Assembly: GCA_037917675.1 (NCBI GenBank)
Contig: JAVCBW010000014.1
Coordinates: forward strand, 1-45,983
DNA length: 45,983 nucleotides
Origin: Thermoproteota archaeon
GTDB lineage: Archaea; Korarchaeota; Korarchaeia; B14-G2
Direction: 5' to 3'
Shown piece after piece: positions 27,234-35,856 of this stretch. Under the pieces are notes generated by a model. It had not been told where the DNA came from. It was given only the letters and a program-made list of their open reading frames with translations, and searched no databases. The position numbers were made by a program, and so were the translations under genes. Position 1 is the stretch's first letter. Each line of letters begins with the position of its first letter.

Positions 27234-30200
27234 TTAAGCTCCAGTAGAGCTGCCCCTCTCTACATCTTCGAGCTCTCTGATGGCTGAGTAGAGCATGTAT
27301 ATGAGCTTGGAGCTTTCTTCAGTGTAAGCTGAGGCTACTTCCCTGAGTCGCCTAGTGTACTTAGGCCATCTCTCCCATCCTCTTTCACCTAGGATCTGAG
27401 ATGCTCTAGTGAGCTCTCTCCAGACCTCCTTGAGCTCAACTTCCCTATTCCAGCCTAGAGCTGCCAGCAGCTCTTCAAGCGGCGTAGCTGGCACATCTAG
27501 CATCGACCTCGCTAGAGAGGATAGGTCAGCTAACTTCCCCTCTCTAGCTAGCCCCTCTATTATGTAGGCTGCTGACCTGAGTCCTAGAGCCTTCAAGCCA
27601 TCTAGCAGCTGACTTATGCTATAGGCTACTATGGTAAAGCCCTGGTTAGCTGCATCCTCAAGCTTCTGTCCTGCACTGCCCCATCCACCTGTCTCAAGCA
27701 GCTCTCTCACAATGAGGTCTACGAGAGCTTCTTCTCCATCATAGACCGCCAGGAATCCTACTCTAGCCGCTCCGAACTCGAATGAAAGCAAGTCTACTGA
27801 AGCCAGCCTGAGGGCTCTAGATGGCCTTGGCACAGCTAGCTCGCGTCCAGCAAGCTTAACCCTAATCCTCTGAGCTGCAAGGATGTAGTCTATAGCTCTC
27901 CTAGCATACCTCTTAGCTAGGTCCCACCTGACTCCACTTGATAGCAGCTGGTAGTGAGCTTGGTCATCAGCTTGCTTCAGCAAGACTTCAACTAGGAGAG
28001 TTGGCTCAAGCTCCTCGACAAGCCTGCTAGCCTCAAGCCAGTCTAGAGTCTCGAGGAGCCCAGCTGAGCTGGGCTCATGGATCCCCATGACCTTCCTATC
28101 ACCGACATTATGCAGCTCATACCTGAAGACATCAAGTGGGAGGTTAAGCTTCAGCCTCAAGGCGACTAGAAGGAAGGCTAGCCCAACTCTAAGCCACTCA
28201 AGGTCTTCGCCTGGCTCAAGCTCATAGACAGCTCCATAAGTGAAGTCCCTATATGCTCCTGCAGTCAGGGCTGTCACAGGGATGCTCCTAGACTCCCTGA
28301 TGAAGTAGGTTCTGCCTTTAGACTCAACAAGCCTATACTCTGGAGATAGAAGCCTCCAGTACACTCTGTTAGGCAGCTTCAGGTATCTGCCGAACCCTCT
28401 TGCTGGAGGCTCAACGACACATATGACCTCTGAGAACACTCTCCCACTATAGTAGTCTCCAAGGAAGTCAGGGCTCTCACCCCACTCAGCCTTAGCCTTC
28501 TCATACTCCTCTAGCGCCTGGGCGAGAGCATCTACCTCTCTGAGATTCCTATAGCTGAGCTTAGCCTCCTCTACTCCAGTGACAACTCTACCCTTCCTCC
28601 TGTAGCCGACTACTATGGCATCATTAGAGTAGTCTAGGCATCCTATCTGAAACCTCTCAACCATGTCACAGTACCCTATGTCATCAAGGTATTCCTCTAA
28701 GCCAAGCATGAGCCTCTTCAGCCCATAGGGGGGCCCATACTCATAGAAGCTCATGTTCCTCCAAGCTCTCCTCCCAGCCTCAGTCAGCTTACCTCTCTCA
28801 GCCAGCTTAAGCTCCCTGAGGAGCTCAAGCTCTCTTCTCGTGAGCATGCTACGCAAGTGCCTTGATACAAGCTTGTAGAGCCCCTCAAAGAGCATCGAAT
28901 ACTTATTCCCTGGATTGAGGATGGCAGTTTCAAGGCTTAGGCTAGCCCACTCCCTGAGCGCCTCAGCTCCACGTGAGAGCAGCTCTCTATCCCATGGCGT
29001 ATAAGGCAGGATCACAGTCTCAGTGAACGGCAGCCCAGCTCTCCTACCCTTACGCCCCTCACGCTGCCTGAACTCCCTGACAGACTCAGGGAGCCCAAAG
29101 TGTACAACCCTCACGACAAGCCCTATGTCAACTCCCTGAGCAAGTGTCCTAGGGCTCACAATAACCTTAACCCTACCCTCTCTAGCAGCCTTCTCTATCT
29201 CAGCTCTCTCAGTCTTCGAGACTAAATGATGATGTGGCTTAACCAGGTCAGCAAGCTCAGGCCACCTGCTCCTGACTCTCCTACAGACCTCTTCAGCTCC
29301 TCTTATGCTCCTAGTGAAGACTAGTGTAACCCCCTCATCTCTAGCATAGGATGCCACAACCTCACTGTAGTCTACAGCAGGAGCAGGGAGCTCGCAGCCA
29401 GATGCCTTAAGAGCCAGGTAGACCCTGTAAGCATTCCTCCTGAACCTCTCATAGTCCTCTAGAGCCTCCCTGATGTCCACGGGAGCCAAGCCCATGTGCC
29501 TCCTAGCCTCAAGCCAGATGGACTTGAGGTTCTTACCTAGCACCACATAAGTCCTGTTCTCAACGCTGAAAGGCCTCCCCTCAACGACCTTGGTCTCCAG
29601 CCCGTTTAGCTCACTTAAGGCTTTAGCAGCCTCCCTTGGGTTCCCTAAGGTGGCTGTGAGCAAGGCAACCTGAAACTTCAGCCCCCATAGCCTCATCAGC
29701 CTCAGCATCGAAAGCATGAGTGAAGCCTCTCTAGGCCCATAGAAGTCGAACTCGTCGACTACAATGAGCCCAACCCCCTGACAGAACTCGTAGAGCAGCT
29801 TACCTCCTCCTGAAGCCCACCTCTTCACCTCAGCCATCAGGAAAGCAGGGTTAGTAGCTATGATATCCATTGTAGCAAGGTAGCTGCTGAGGTTACGCCC
29901 ATACCTCCTGGCAAGCTCTCTCCTCCTAACAGAGTCTAAGGCCTCAACCCTAAGCTCCAGAGCCCTAGAGTAGCTCCTAAGCCTCTCAACTTGGTCATTA
30001 GCCAAAGCCAAGGTAGGGTAGATGGCTAGAGCCTTAACGTCATCTAGGTAGCAGTACAGGAACCAGGCTTCAGTCTTTCCACTACCAGCTCCAGATACAA
30101 AGACGATGTTCATCCCATTTCTGAGCGTGTCAAGAGCCTTAAGCTGGTGCCTATAGAGCCTAGCTCCAGCAATAGCTTTGCCACGCTCACATTCAGCTAG

Positions 30201-30320
30201 CTTTGGAGCAAGATCAATGAACCTAATGTCAGAGGTGTCAGGCTTACAGCCAGGTGAGCTAAAAGAGTAGAACTCGTAGCCAAGCTCTGTAAGCAGGCAG
30301 CTAGAGTCAAGTACCTTCAG
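27234..30320 (-). CDS. SF2 DEAD/DEAH helicase (Hrq1/MrfA-like), probable CTG start
   Basis: Q motif LYRHQLKAL upstream of the track ATG, then GAGSGKT, YPTLALANDQ, DEFD, TAT and QREGRKGR. The frame is open to CTG 30320, with an in-frame TAG at 30332-30330. Confidence 0.88.
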   Translation of the reverse strand: MKVLDSSCLLTELGYEFYSFSSPGCKPDTSDIRFIDLAPKLAECERGKAIAGARLYRHQLKALDTLRNGMNIVFVSGAGSGKTEAWFLYCYLDDVKALAIYPTLALANDQVERLRSYSRALELRVEALDSVRRRELARRYGRNLSSYLATMDIIATNPAFLMAEVKRWASGGGKLLYEFCQGVGLIVVDEFDFYGPREASLMLSMLRLMRLWGLKFQVALLTATLGNPREAAKALSELNGLETKVVEGRPFSVENRTYVVLGKNLKSIWLEARRHMGLAPVDIREALEDYERFRRNAYRVYLALKASGCELPAPAVDYSEVVASYARDEGVTLVFTRSIRGAEEVCRRVRSRWPELADLVKPHHHLVSKTERAEIEKAAREGRVKVIVSPRTLAQGVDIGLVVRVVHFGLPESVREFRQREGRKGRRAGLPFTETVILPYTPWDRELLSRGAEALREWASLSLETAILNPGNKYSMLFEGLYKLVSRHLRSMLTRRELELLRELKLAERGKLTEAGRRAWRNMSFYEYGPPYGLKRLMLGLEEYLDDIGYCDMVERFQIGCLDYSNDAIVVGYRRKGRVVTGVEEAKLSYRNLREVDALAQALEEYEKAKAEWGESPDFLGDYYSGRVFSEVICVVEPPARGFGRYLKLPNRVYWRLLSPEYRLVESKGRTYFIRESRSIPVTALTAGAYRDFTYGAVYELEPGEDLEWLRVGLAFLLVALRLKLNLPLDVFRYELHNVGDRKVMGIHEPSSAGLLETLDWLEASRLVEELEPTLLVEVLLKQADDQAHYQLLSSGVRWDLAKRYARRAIDYILAAQRIRVKLAGRELAVPRPSRALRLASVDLLSFEFGAARVGFLAVYDGEEALVDLIVRELLETGGWGSAGQKLEDAANQGFTIVAYSISQLLDGLKALGLRSAAYIIEGLAREGKLADLSSLARSMLDVPATPLEELLAALGWNREVELKEVWRELTRASQILGERGWERWPKYTRRLREVASAYTEESSKLIYMLYSAIRELEDVERGSSTGA

Positions 30321-30440
30321 TGTAACCCCCTACAATACTACATCTTAAATAAGCCAAAGAAGATTGATGTCAGCTCAAGAAGCTAGCCACCTTACTCTCA
30401 GGTTCCTGTGGCCGAGGGCTATTGAGGTGCCAGAGGCTGC

Positions 30441-31172
30441 TTAGATGAAGTGTATGCTTGCTCTCCTCTTCAGCTTCCTGAGGATGGGGATCTCCTTAAG
30501 GTGCTTCTCATCAAGCATGCTCCAGATCACGCCACTAGGCCTCCTCCTGTCTCCTGTTGTCCTGATTACTCTGGTTGGGGTAGCTATCAAGTCTACTGTG
30601 ACATCATGTGGCTCAGCTGGAATATACTCCACAACCTGTAGGTCATGGACTGTTGTCGCCACCAGGGTTTCTTCGCCTACAGCTCCAACTTCCCTTAGGA
30701 TAGCATACTCTAGCTCACTATAGCCATGTCCCTTCCCTAGCCTATCACCCTTCTCTGTCACGGCAACAGAGCCAGCGACCTTCACATCGATGTGAGGAAG
30801 CTCATCTAGCTGGATGAGCCTACCAACCTTGAACGCCCCCCTTATGGTTGAGGCTAGCCTATACCTTCCAGCTGCAGACTCTGGAGTCAGTAGGAGGAAG
30901 CCCTTAGCTATCCTGGGTGTAGCCATGATCAGAGTCTTCCCTCTCCTCAGAAGGAGCTCTCTGAGAGGCCTCTGAGGAGAATCAGGGTTGCAGAACACGA
31001 CTCCAGCACTCCTGAGCTCACTCAGGTCAGCAAGCCTGCGGGCAGCAGCCTCAGCTCCCCTGAAGTTCGGTATCCTACCGACTATAGGCTTAGGTGGCAG
31101 AGCTACACCACTACTCTCAAGAGCCCTATAGACCCTCATCCTTATCTCAAGCTTCTCACCCTTGACATCCAT
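30441..31172 (-). CDS. 5-formyltetrahydrofolate cyclo-ligase family (COG0212/MTHFSD-like)
   Basis: GRIPNFRGAEAAA, NPDSPQ, GSVAV..GDRLGKGHGYSELEY, TTVHDLQ, HDVTVD. Confidence 0.9.
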   Translation of the reverse strand: MDVKGEKLEIRMRVYRALESSGVALPPKPIVGRIPNFRGAEAAARRLADLSELRSAGVVFCNPDSPQRPLRELLLRRGKTLIMATPRIAKGFLLLTPESAAGRYRLASTIRGAFKVGRLIQLDELPHIDVKVAGSVAVTEKGDRLGKGHGYSELEYAILREVGAVGEETLVATTVHDLQVVEYIPAEPHDVTVDLIATPTRVIRTTGDRRRPSGVIWSMLDEKHLKEIPILRKLKRRASIHFI

Positions 31173-31510
31173 CCCCTACACCTAAAGAAGCATTCTAGAG
31201 CAAGCTAGCCTTCCTCCAGCATAGGTGGAAATAAGCTTATCGAGCTTCACCAGTAGGCTGCATCAGCCTGCTAGCTACCTACCTGCTGGCGAGGGTAAGC
31301 TTAGGCTACTGAGAGGTGAGCCTGCTGAGATGTAGAGTAAGCTAGTAGGTGCTCATACCTGTTGCCAGCAGGTGGGCTACTAGTCTCAACATTAGAGCTC
31401 TTATTCTCAGCAGGAATCGATATAAGAGACCATGGTGCTACGTGGCTTAGCTGAGCAGGGGCAGCTTCACATCAGATACAGCTGGTTAGGGCAGTAATGC
31501 TGGTGTAAGC

Positions 31511-33256
31511 ATGCTATACTGGTGCCTGAACTGCAATACTCCACTGGTATCAAGGGTATGTGGAGAATGCAGTAGGCCAGCTACCTTAGTTAAGGTGTCG
31601 ATACACAGCGACCCTAGGCCAGCTTCGAAGTGGGGACTAAGCCTGCTCAGAGAGGTCTTAGAGAGAGACTATGGGAGTGGAGCCTATGAGGCTCTCCTCC
31701 CACTAGGAGATCGGTGTGTGCTGTTTGGCAGAGCACCATACCTGGATGTGTCATATGAGCTGGTAGCTGACGGAGCTGTATTAGGTCACTTGTTCTATGA
31801 CCTCTACACGTGGAGGTGGCTTTTCAAGCCCAGTAAGCCGGGTGCGCTAAGGCTGCTGGAGCAGGGGCTTATTGACGTGCTCAGCTCCTCAGGGCCAGTG
31901 GGCTCAGTTGTGTCCTCAGCTAGGCCTGAGAGCCCGCCATTTAAGCTTCTCCCTGGGCTGAGGGGGCTAGCTGAGAAGCGTGGCAGTAAGTATGTTGTAT
32001 CAAAGCTCTACCAGCCTGATCTACCAGAGCTAGCTGAGTCAAGACAGCTAGACTTGCTCAAAGCAAACCTGCATGCTTTGGCTGAGATGGAGTCTAAAGC
32101 TGTGGTCTTTATCCTGAGAGAGGTCAGGAAGAGAAGCTACCTTTTCGTGTCATATTCTGGTGGGAAGGATAGCACTGTAGTGCTGAAGCTAGCTGAGAGG
32201 TCTGGGCTCAGCTTCAAGGTCTACTTCAATGATACAGGCTTAGAGATGCCTGAGACTCTCAGGTTAGCTGAGAGAACCCTGAGCAGATACGAAGGCATCA
32301 GAGGTGAGGCTGGAGACGAGTTCTGGAGGCTGATCCAGGGCTTTGGCCCCCCAGCTAGAGACTATAGGTGGTGCTGCAAGGTATGTAAGCTAGCTCCAAC
32401 CCATAGAGCTATGGGAGGATTCCAGAATGCATTGATGCTGGTAGGCCAGAGGAGGTTTGAGTCAGCTAGCAGGAGGAGGGCTCCAGCTATCTGGAGGAAC
32501 AAGTGGGTCCCAGCAGTCCTCTCAGCTTCACCAGTCAACTCATGGACTGCCCTAGCAGTATGGCTCTACATCAGATGGAGGAGCCTAAGCTATAACCAGC
32601 TCTATGAAGCTGGCTTCGACAGGATAGGCTGCTTCATGTGCCCAGCTTCAAGGATAGCTGAGCTGAAGCTAGTAGAGCAGAGGCATCCAGAGCTAGCTGA
32701 GAAATGGAGCAGAGAGCTCAGGGAGTGGGCTGGTGAGAGGAGCCTCCCTGAGAGCTGGCTCAAATACCACCTGTGGAGGTGGGTTAAGCCACCTGAGAGG
32801 ATCCTGAGGATAGCTGGGCTCAGAGGCACATATCCAAGGAACAGGATAGCCATAAAGCAGACCACCTCCACAATAGAGATCACACCATACAGCCAAAGCA
32901 GGCTCCTAAAGCTAGCTAGGACAGCAGGTAGCCTAAGGAGCCTAGAGCTGAGTACAGGTGAAGCTAGGCTGAAGATCCTAGCAGAGAGAATAGAGTACCA
33001 GGGCAGCCCAGAGAGAGCTCTGTCTACAGCATCTCAGCTGGCAGCTAGAGCAATGCTATGCCCTGGCTGCAGCGTCTGCTCAGCTTACTGCCCAGCAGAA
33101 GCCCTAAACCCAGGTTCCCCACCAGAGGCCTCAGAGAGGTGCATGGCATGCAGCCTATGCAGCGAAGTCTGCCCAATCCTAGAGTACCCAAACGCGAACA
33201 TAGTTCAGCTCACCCATGTAAGCCTACTTAGCGCCACTCGATGGCAGCCTAGCTGA
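31511..33256 (+). CDS. PAPS reductase/FAD synthetase family protein with N-terminal Zn ribbon and C-terminal ferredoxin-like domain
   Basis: YWCLNCNTPL..CGEC, SYSGGKDS, RWCCKVCK, GQRRFES, RIGCFMCP, and two CxxCxxCxxxCP motifs. Confidence 0.88.
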   Translation: MLYWCLNCNTPLVSRVCGECSRPATLVKVSIHSDPRPASKWGLSLLREVLERDYGSGAYEALLPLGDRCVLFGRAPYLDVSYELVADGAVLGHLFYDLYTWRWLFKPSKPGALRLLEQGLIDVLSSSGPVGSVVSSARPESPPFKLLPGLRGLAEKRGSKYVVSKLYQPDLPELAESRQLDLLKANLHALAEMESKAVVFILREVRKRSYLFVSYSGGKDSTVVLKLAERSGLSFKVYFNDTGLEMPETLRLAERTLSRYEGIRGEAGDEFWRLIQGFGPPARDYRWCCKVCKLAPTHRAMGGFQNALMLVGQRRFESASRRRAPAIWRNKWVPAVLSASPVNSWTALAVWLYIRWRSLSYNQLYEAGFDRIGCFMCPASRIAELKLVEQRHPELAEKWSRELREWAGERSLPESWLKYHLWRWVKPPERILRIAGLRGTYPRNRIAIKQTTSTIEITPYSQSRLLKLARTAGSLRSLELSTGEARLKILAERIEYQGSPERALSTASQLAARAMLCPGCSVCSAYCPAEALNPGSPPEASERCMACSLCSEVCPILEYPNANIVQLTHVSLLSATRWQPS

Positions 33257-33310
33257 GGGCAGCCATACTCTGGATCGGGTCTCTCTTGCATTAGACTGAG
33301 AGGTTTAAAG

Positions 33311-33415
33311 ATGGATGTGGGGAGCCCCCCGCACCGAAAGCCCTCAGATGAGCGGAGGAAGGCTCTCCGCTACGAATGTAGCAAAAGTTATAAAAGTAGC
33401 GGAGAACCAGAACGG
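33311..33415 (+). ncRNA. Putative structured RNA with K-turn (H/ACA-like or tnpB 3'-end/omega-RNA-like)
   Basis: GC-rich stem 33317-33326/33361-33370 enclosing a CCGC-ACC-GA...GA-GCGG K-turn pattern; TTTAAA at 33304. Confidence 0.4.
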
Positions 33416-33417
33416 GT

Positions 33418-34152
33418 GTGATGGCTCTGAAGGCTATTACAGTAGATCTATGGGAGACTATCATTGAGCCTGGTGAAAGCTACTCTAGAGTGGTAGCTGA
33501 TGCTAGAGCTAGGGATACTGCTGCATGCCTGAGGGAGCTTGGCTACGATGTCTCTGCTGCTGAAGTTGAGAGGGCTCTTTCAAGGCTCTATCAGGCTCTG
33601 AGGAGGGTTTGGAAGAGGCATAGAGACGTCAGCTCTAGGGCTAAGATGAGAGCTCTAGCTGAGATGCTGAGCGTACCTGCTACACCTGCTGTCATAGAGG
33701 CCTTAAGCTATGGTGTTGAGGAAGCTACCTTGAGGCATCCTCCTAAGCTGGCTCATGAAGTCAGGAGGGTCTTAGCTGAGCTCAGGGAGATGGGGTTTCA
33801 GCTAGCTCTCATATCCAATACAGGGCTTACTCCAGGTAGGGTGATGAACAGGCTGCTAGAATCCTATGGTGTCCTGAGCTACTTTGAGGTCCTGGTATAC
33901 TCTGATGAAGTCTGGGAGAGGAAGCCTTCTACAGGGATCTTTGCCATGGCTTTGAGGAAGCTGGGAGCTAAGCCAGGTGAAGCTGCTCACGTCGGAGACG
34001 ACCCCTACTCAGACGTCTATGGAGCTAAGGAGGCTGGCATGCTAGCGATACACTTATCTAAGGGGGAGTCTAGCTATGTAGCCGAGCCAGATGCTGTCAT
34101 AAGCGAGCTGAGAGAGCTCCCTAGCACAGTAAGGAGGTGGGCTAAGTGCTGA
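33418..34152 (+). CDS. HAD-superfamily hydrolase (subfamily IA)
   Basis: AITVDLWETI, LISNTG, RKPSTGIF, HVGDDPYSDVYGA. Confidence 0.9.
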   Translation: MMALKAITVDLWETIIEPGESYSRVVADARARDTAACLRELGYDVSAAEVERALSRLYQALRRVWKRHRDVSSRAKMRALAEMLSVPATPAVIEALSYGVEEATLRHPPKLAHEVRRVLAELREMGFQLALISNTGLTPGRVMNRLLESYGVLSYFEVLVYSDEVWERKPSTGIFAMALRKLGAKPGEAAHVGDDPYSDVYGAKEAGMLAIHLSKGESSYVAEPDAVISELRELPSTVRRWAKC

Positions 34153-34280
34153 TAAGGTGTGTTGACTGCATCTACTTTGAGCCTATAGAGGGTAGGTGGA
34201 GGTGTAAAGCTGGCCTCAAACCTAAGATCCCAACTCCACTATCGACATTCGACTGCAGTAGAGGGCAGCCTAAGAGGTAA
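34146..34280 (+). CDS. Putative 44-aa four-Cys microprotein
   Basis: Hand-translated: MLIRCVDCIYFEPIEGRWRCKAGLKPKIPTPLSTFDCSRGQPKR. GTG overlaps the HAD gene end, with a strong GGAGGTGG SD. Confidence 0.6.
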   Translation: MLIRCVDCIYFEPIEGRWRCKAGLKPKIPTPLSTFDCSRGQPKR

Positions 34281-34390
34281 ATATTCCATATATGGAAGCT
34301 GAGCCTAATGAATCCCAAGGCTTACCAATACCTATGTAGGCTGAACCCCAAGCTTTTAAACCATAGTATAGTAGGCTCATGGTGTAGGGT

Positions 34391-34615
34391 ATGAAGATCA
34401 AGCTACAGGATGGCAGAGAGGTTGAGGCTAAGGAGGTCGAGTTTCAGCCTATATCAGAGGGGTGGAACGAGTATAGGCTTGAGGATGGAAGCAAGCTTAG
34501 GATAAAGCTCGTTGTGACGAGGGTGTTCAGGCTGGGTGAGAAAGACCCTCTCACGGGAGAAGACCAGTATGTAGTGAGGTTCCAGAATGTAGTGAGTGTA
34601 TCTAAGGGGAAGTAG
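34391..34615 (+). CDS. Small beta-rich hypothetical protein
   Basis: 74 aa (EGWNEYRLEDGSKLRIKLVV..DPLTGE); TTTTAAA box at ~34354 and host codon use. Confidence 0.75.
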   Translation: MKIKLQDGREVEAKEVEFQPISEGWNEYRLEDGSKLRIKLVVTRVFRLGEKDPLTGEDQYVVRFQNVVSVSKGK

Positions 34616-34616
34616 C

Positions 34617-35027
34617 TTGGAGCAGCAGACTTCTACAATGCAGCCGAAGTTCACGTACCCAAGCTCAGGTGAGTGCTGGGTCGTGTCAGCTAGAGAGTAT
34701 GAGGCTTACACGGGTAGAGACCTTCAGCTCCTCAAGCTTTCAGCTTCATCCATACAAGCTGACATCTCATCTGCCATAAGGGAGCTGGCAGCTAGGCTCA
34801 GTGACCTAGAGAGTAGGTTGGAGAGGCTTGAATCTCAAGCTAAGTCTAGTGTGATGGAGCTTAGGAGGATTGAGGATGCTAAGCTCAAGGTTCTGAGGTA
34901 TCTTGAGAAGCGTGGAGGAGAAGCTTACCCACATGAGATAGCTAGAGACCTTAGGATGCCAGTCTCGATGGTCCTCAGGGTCATGAGCGTGCTGAGAGAG
35001 GAGGGTGTCATAGAAGAGGAGACATAG
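34617..35027 (+). CDS. Coiled-coil plus winged-HTH putative regulator
   Basis: Heptad segment LAARLSDLESRLERLE, then VLRYLEKRGGEAYPHEIARDLRMPVSMVLRVMSVLREEGVI; start uncertain. Confidence 0.75.
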   Translation: MEQQTSTMQPKFTYPSSGECWVVSAREYEAYTGRDLQLLKLSASSIQADISSAIRELAARLSDLESRLERLESQAKSSVMELRRIEDAKLKVLRYLEKRGGEAYPHEIARDLRMPVSMVLRVMSVLREEGVIEEET

Positions 35028-35033
35028 GGTGAG

Positions 35034-35576
35034 CTAGAGGGTTGAGGCAAGCCTACAGAGCCTCCAAGTCGCTATCTCACATAGGGCTTCTATGTCCTCT
35101 ATCAGGAGATAGTGTGTCACAGTAGAGTCGAAGAGCACGTTGGCAGATGGAGGAAGCTCGTCGTCTCCACTCCACACGCTATAGATTACTGGGACTCTCG
35201 GGAGAGGCCTCAGCTCGATGGATGCATCACCATAGCTTAGCTCTCTGCCTCCGAGGAGCCTGCCGGCTTCAACTAGCTTCCTAGGGCTTCGGCCAAAAAC
35301 CCTAGCTATAGGCTGGATGACCTCCCTATAGAACACGCCATAGCAGGCTGAGGCCCCGAGCAGCCCCCTGAAGTTCACAAGCCTCCCACTCAGCCCGATA
35401 TCCTCTGCTCTAGAGTATCTGTCCAAGATCCCTAGTATGGCATTTCTGACCTCCTCACTGATCTCCCAGCCGAAGGAGTCCTCAACCCTCATAGCCTCAG
35501 GGTCTATGGTATAGCCTAGCATACTGATCTTGCTTCTGAAGCCAAGCTCATCACGCAGCCTCAACTTAGCCCTCAA
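35034..35576 (-). CDS. DUF3786-family protein
   Basis: YGDASIELRPLPRVPVIYSVWSGDDELPPSANVLFDS..LIEDI. Confidence 0.75.
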   Translation of the reverse strand: MRAKLRLRDELGFRSKISMLGYTIDPEAMRVEDSFGWEISEEVRNAILGILDRYSRAEDIGLSGRLVNFRGLLGASACYGVFYREVIQPIARVFGRSPRKLVEAGRLLGGRELSYGDASIELRPLPRVPVIYSVWSGDDELPPSANVLFDSTVTHYLLIEDIEALCEIATWRLCRLASTL

Positions 35577-35856
35577 GCTGCTTGCTGAAAGCCTTTTAAA
35601 TGTTGTGCAGCCTCTACCCTAGTGGAGCTCTGAGCAGGAGCCTCATCACCTCATGGAAGCTTGCTGTCCAATATCATGATCGAGCTGACATGTTGGGGTA
35701 GCTGGCTTAGGTGACGTAGCCTCAGCCCGGTATGCTGCTGGGTCCCCAGGCACTGTAGCATGCAGCTCTAAATCTCCAGAGGAGGCTCAGGATGAGCTGC
35801 TGCAGCTGGGGCAGCACAGCATCCTCTACTCTAGAGAACCTAATATTTGCTGGCGC

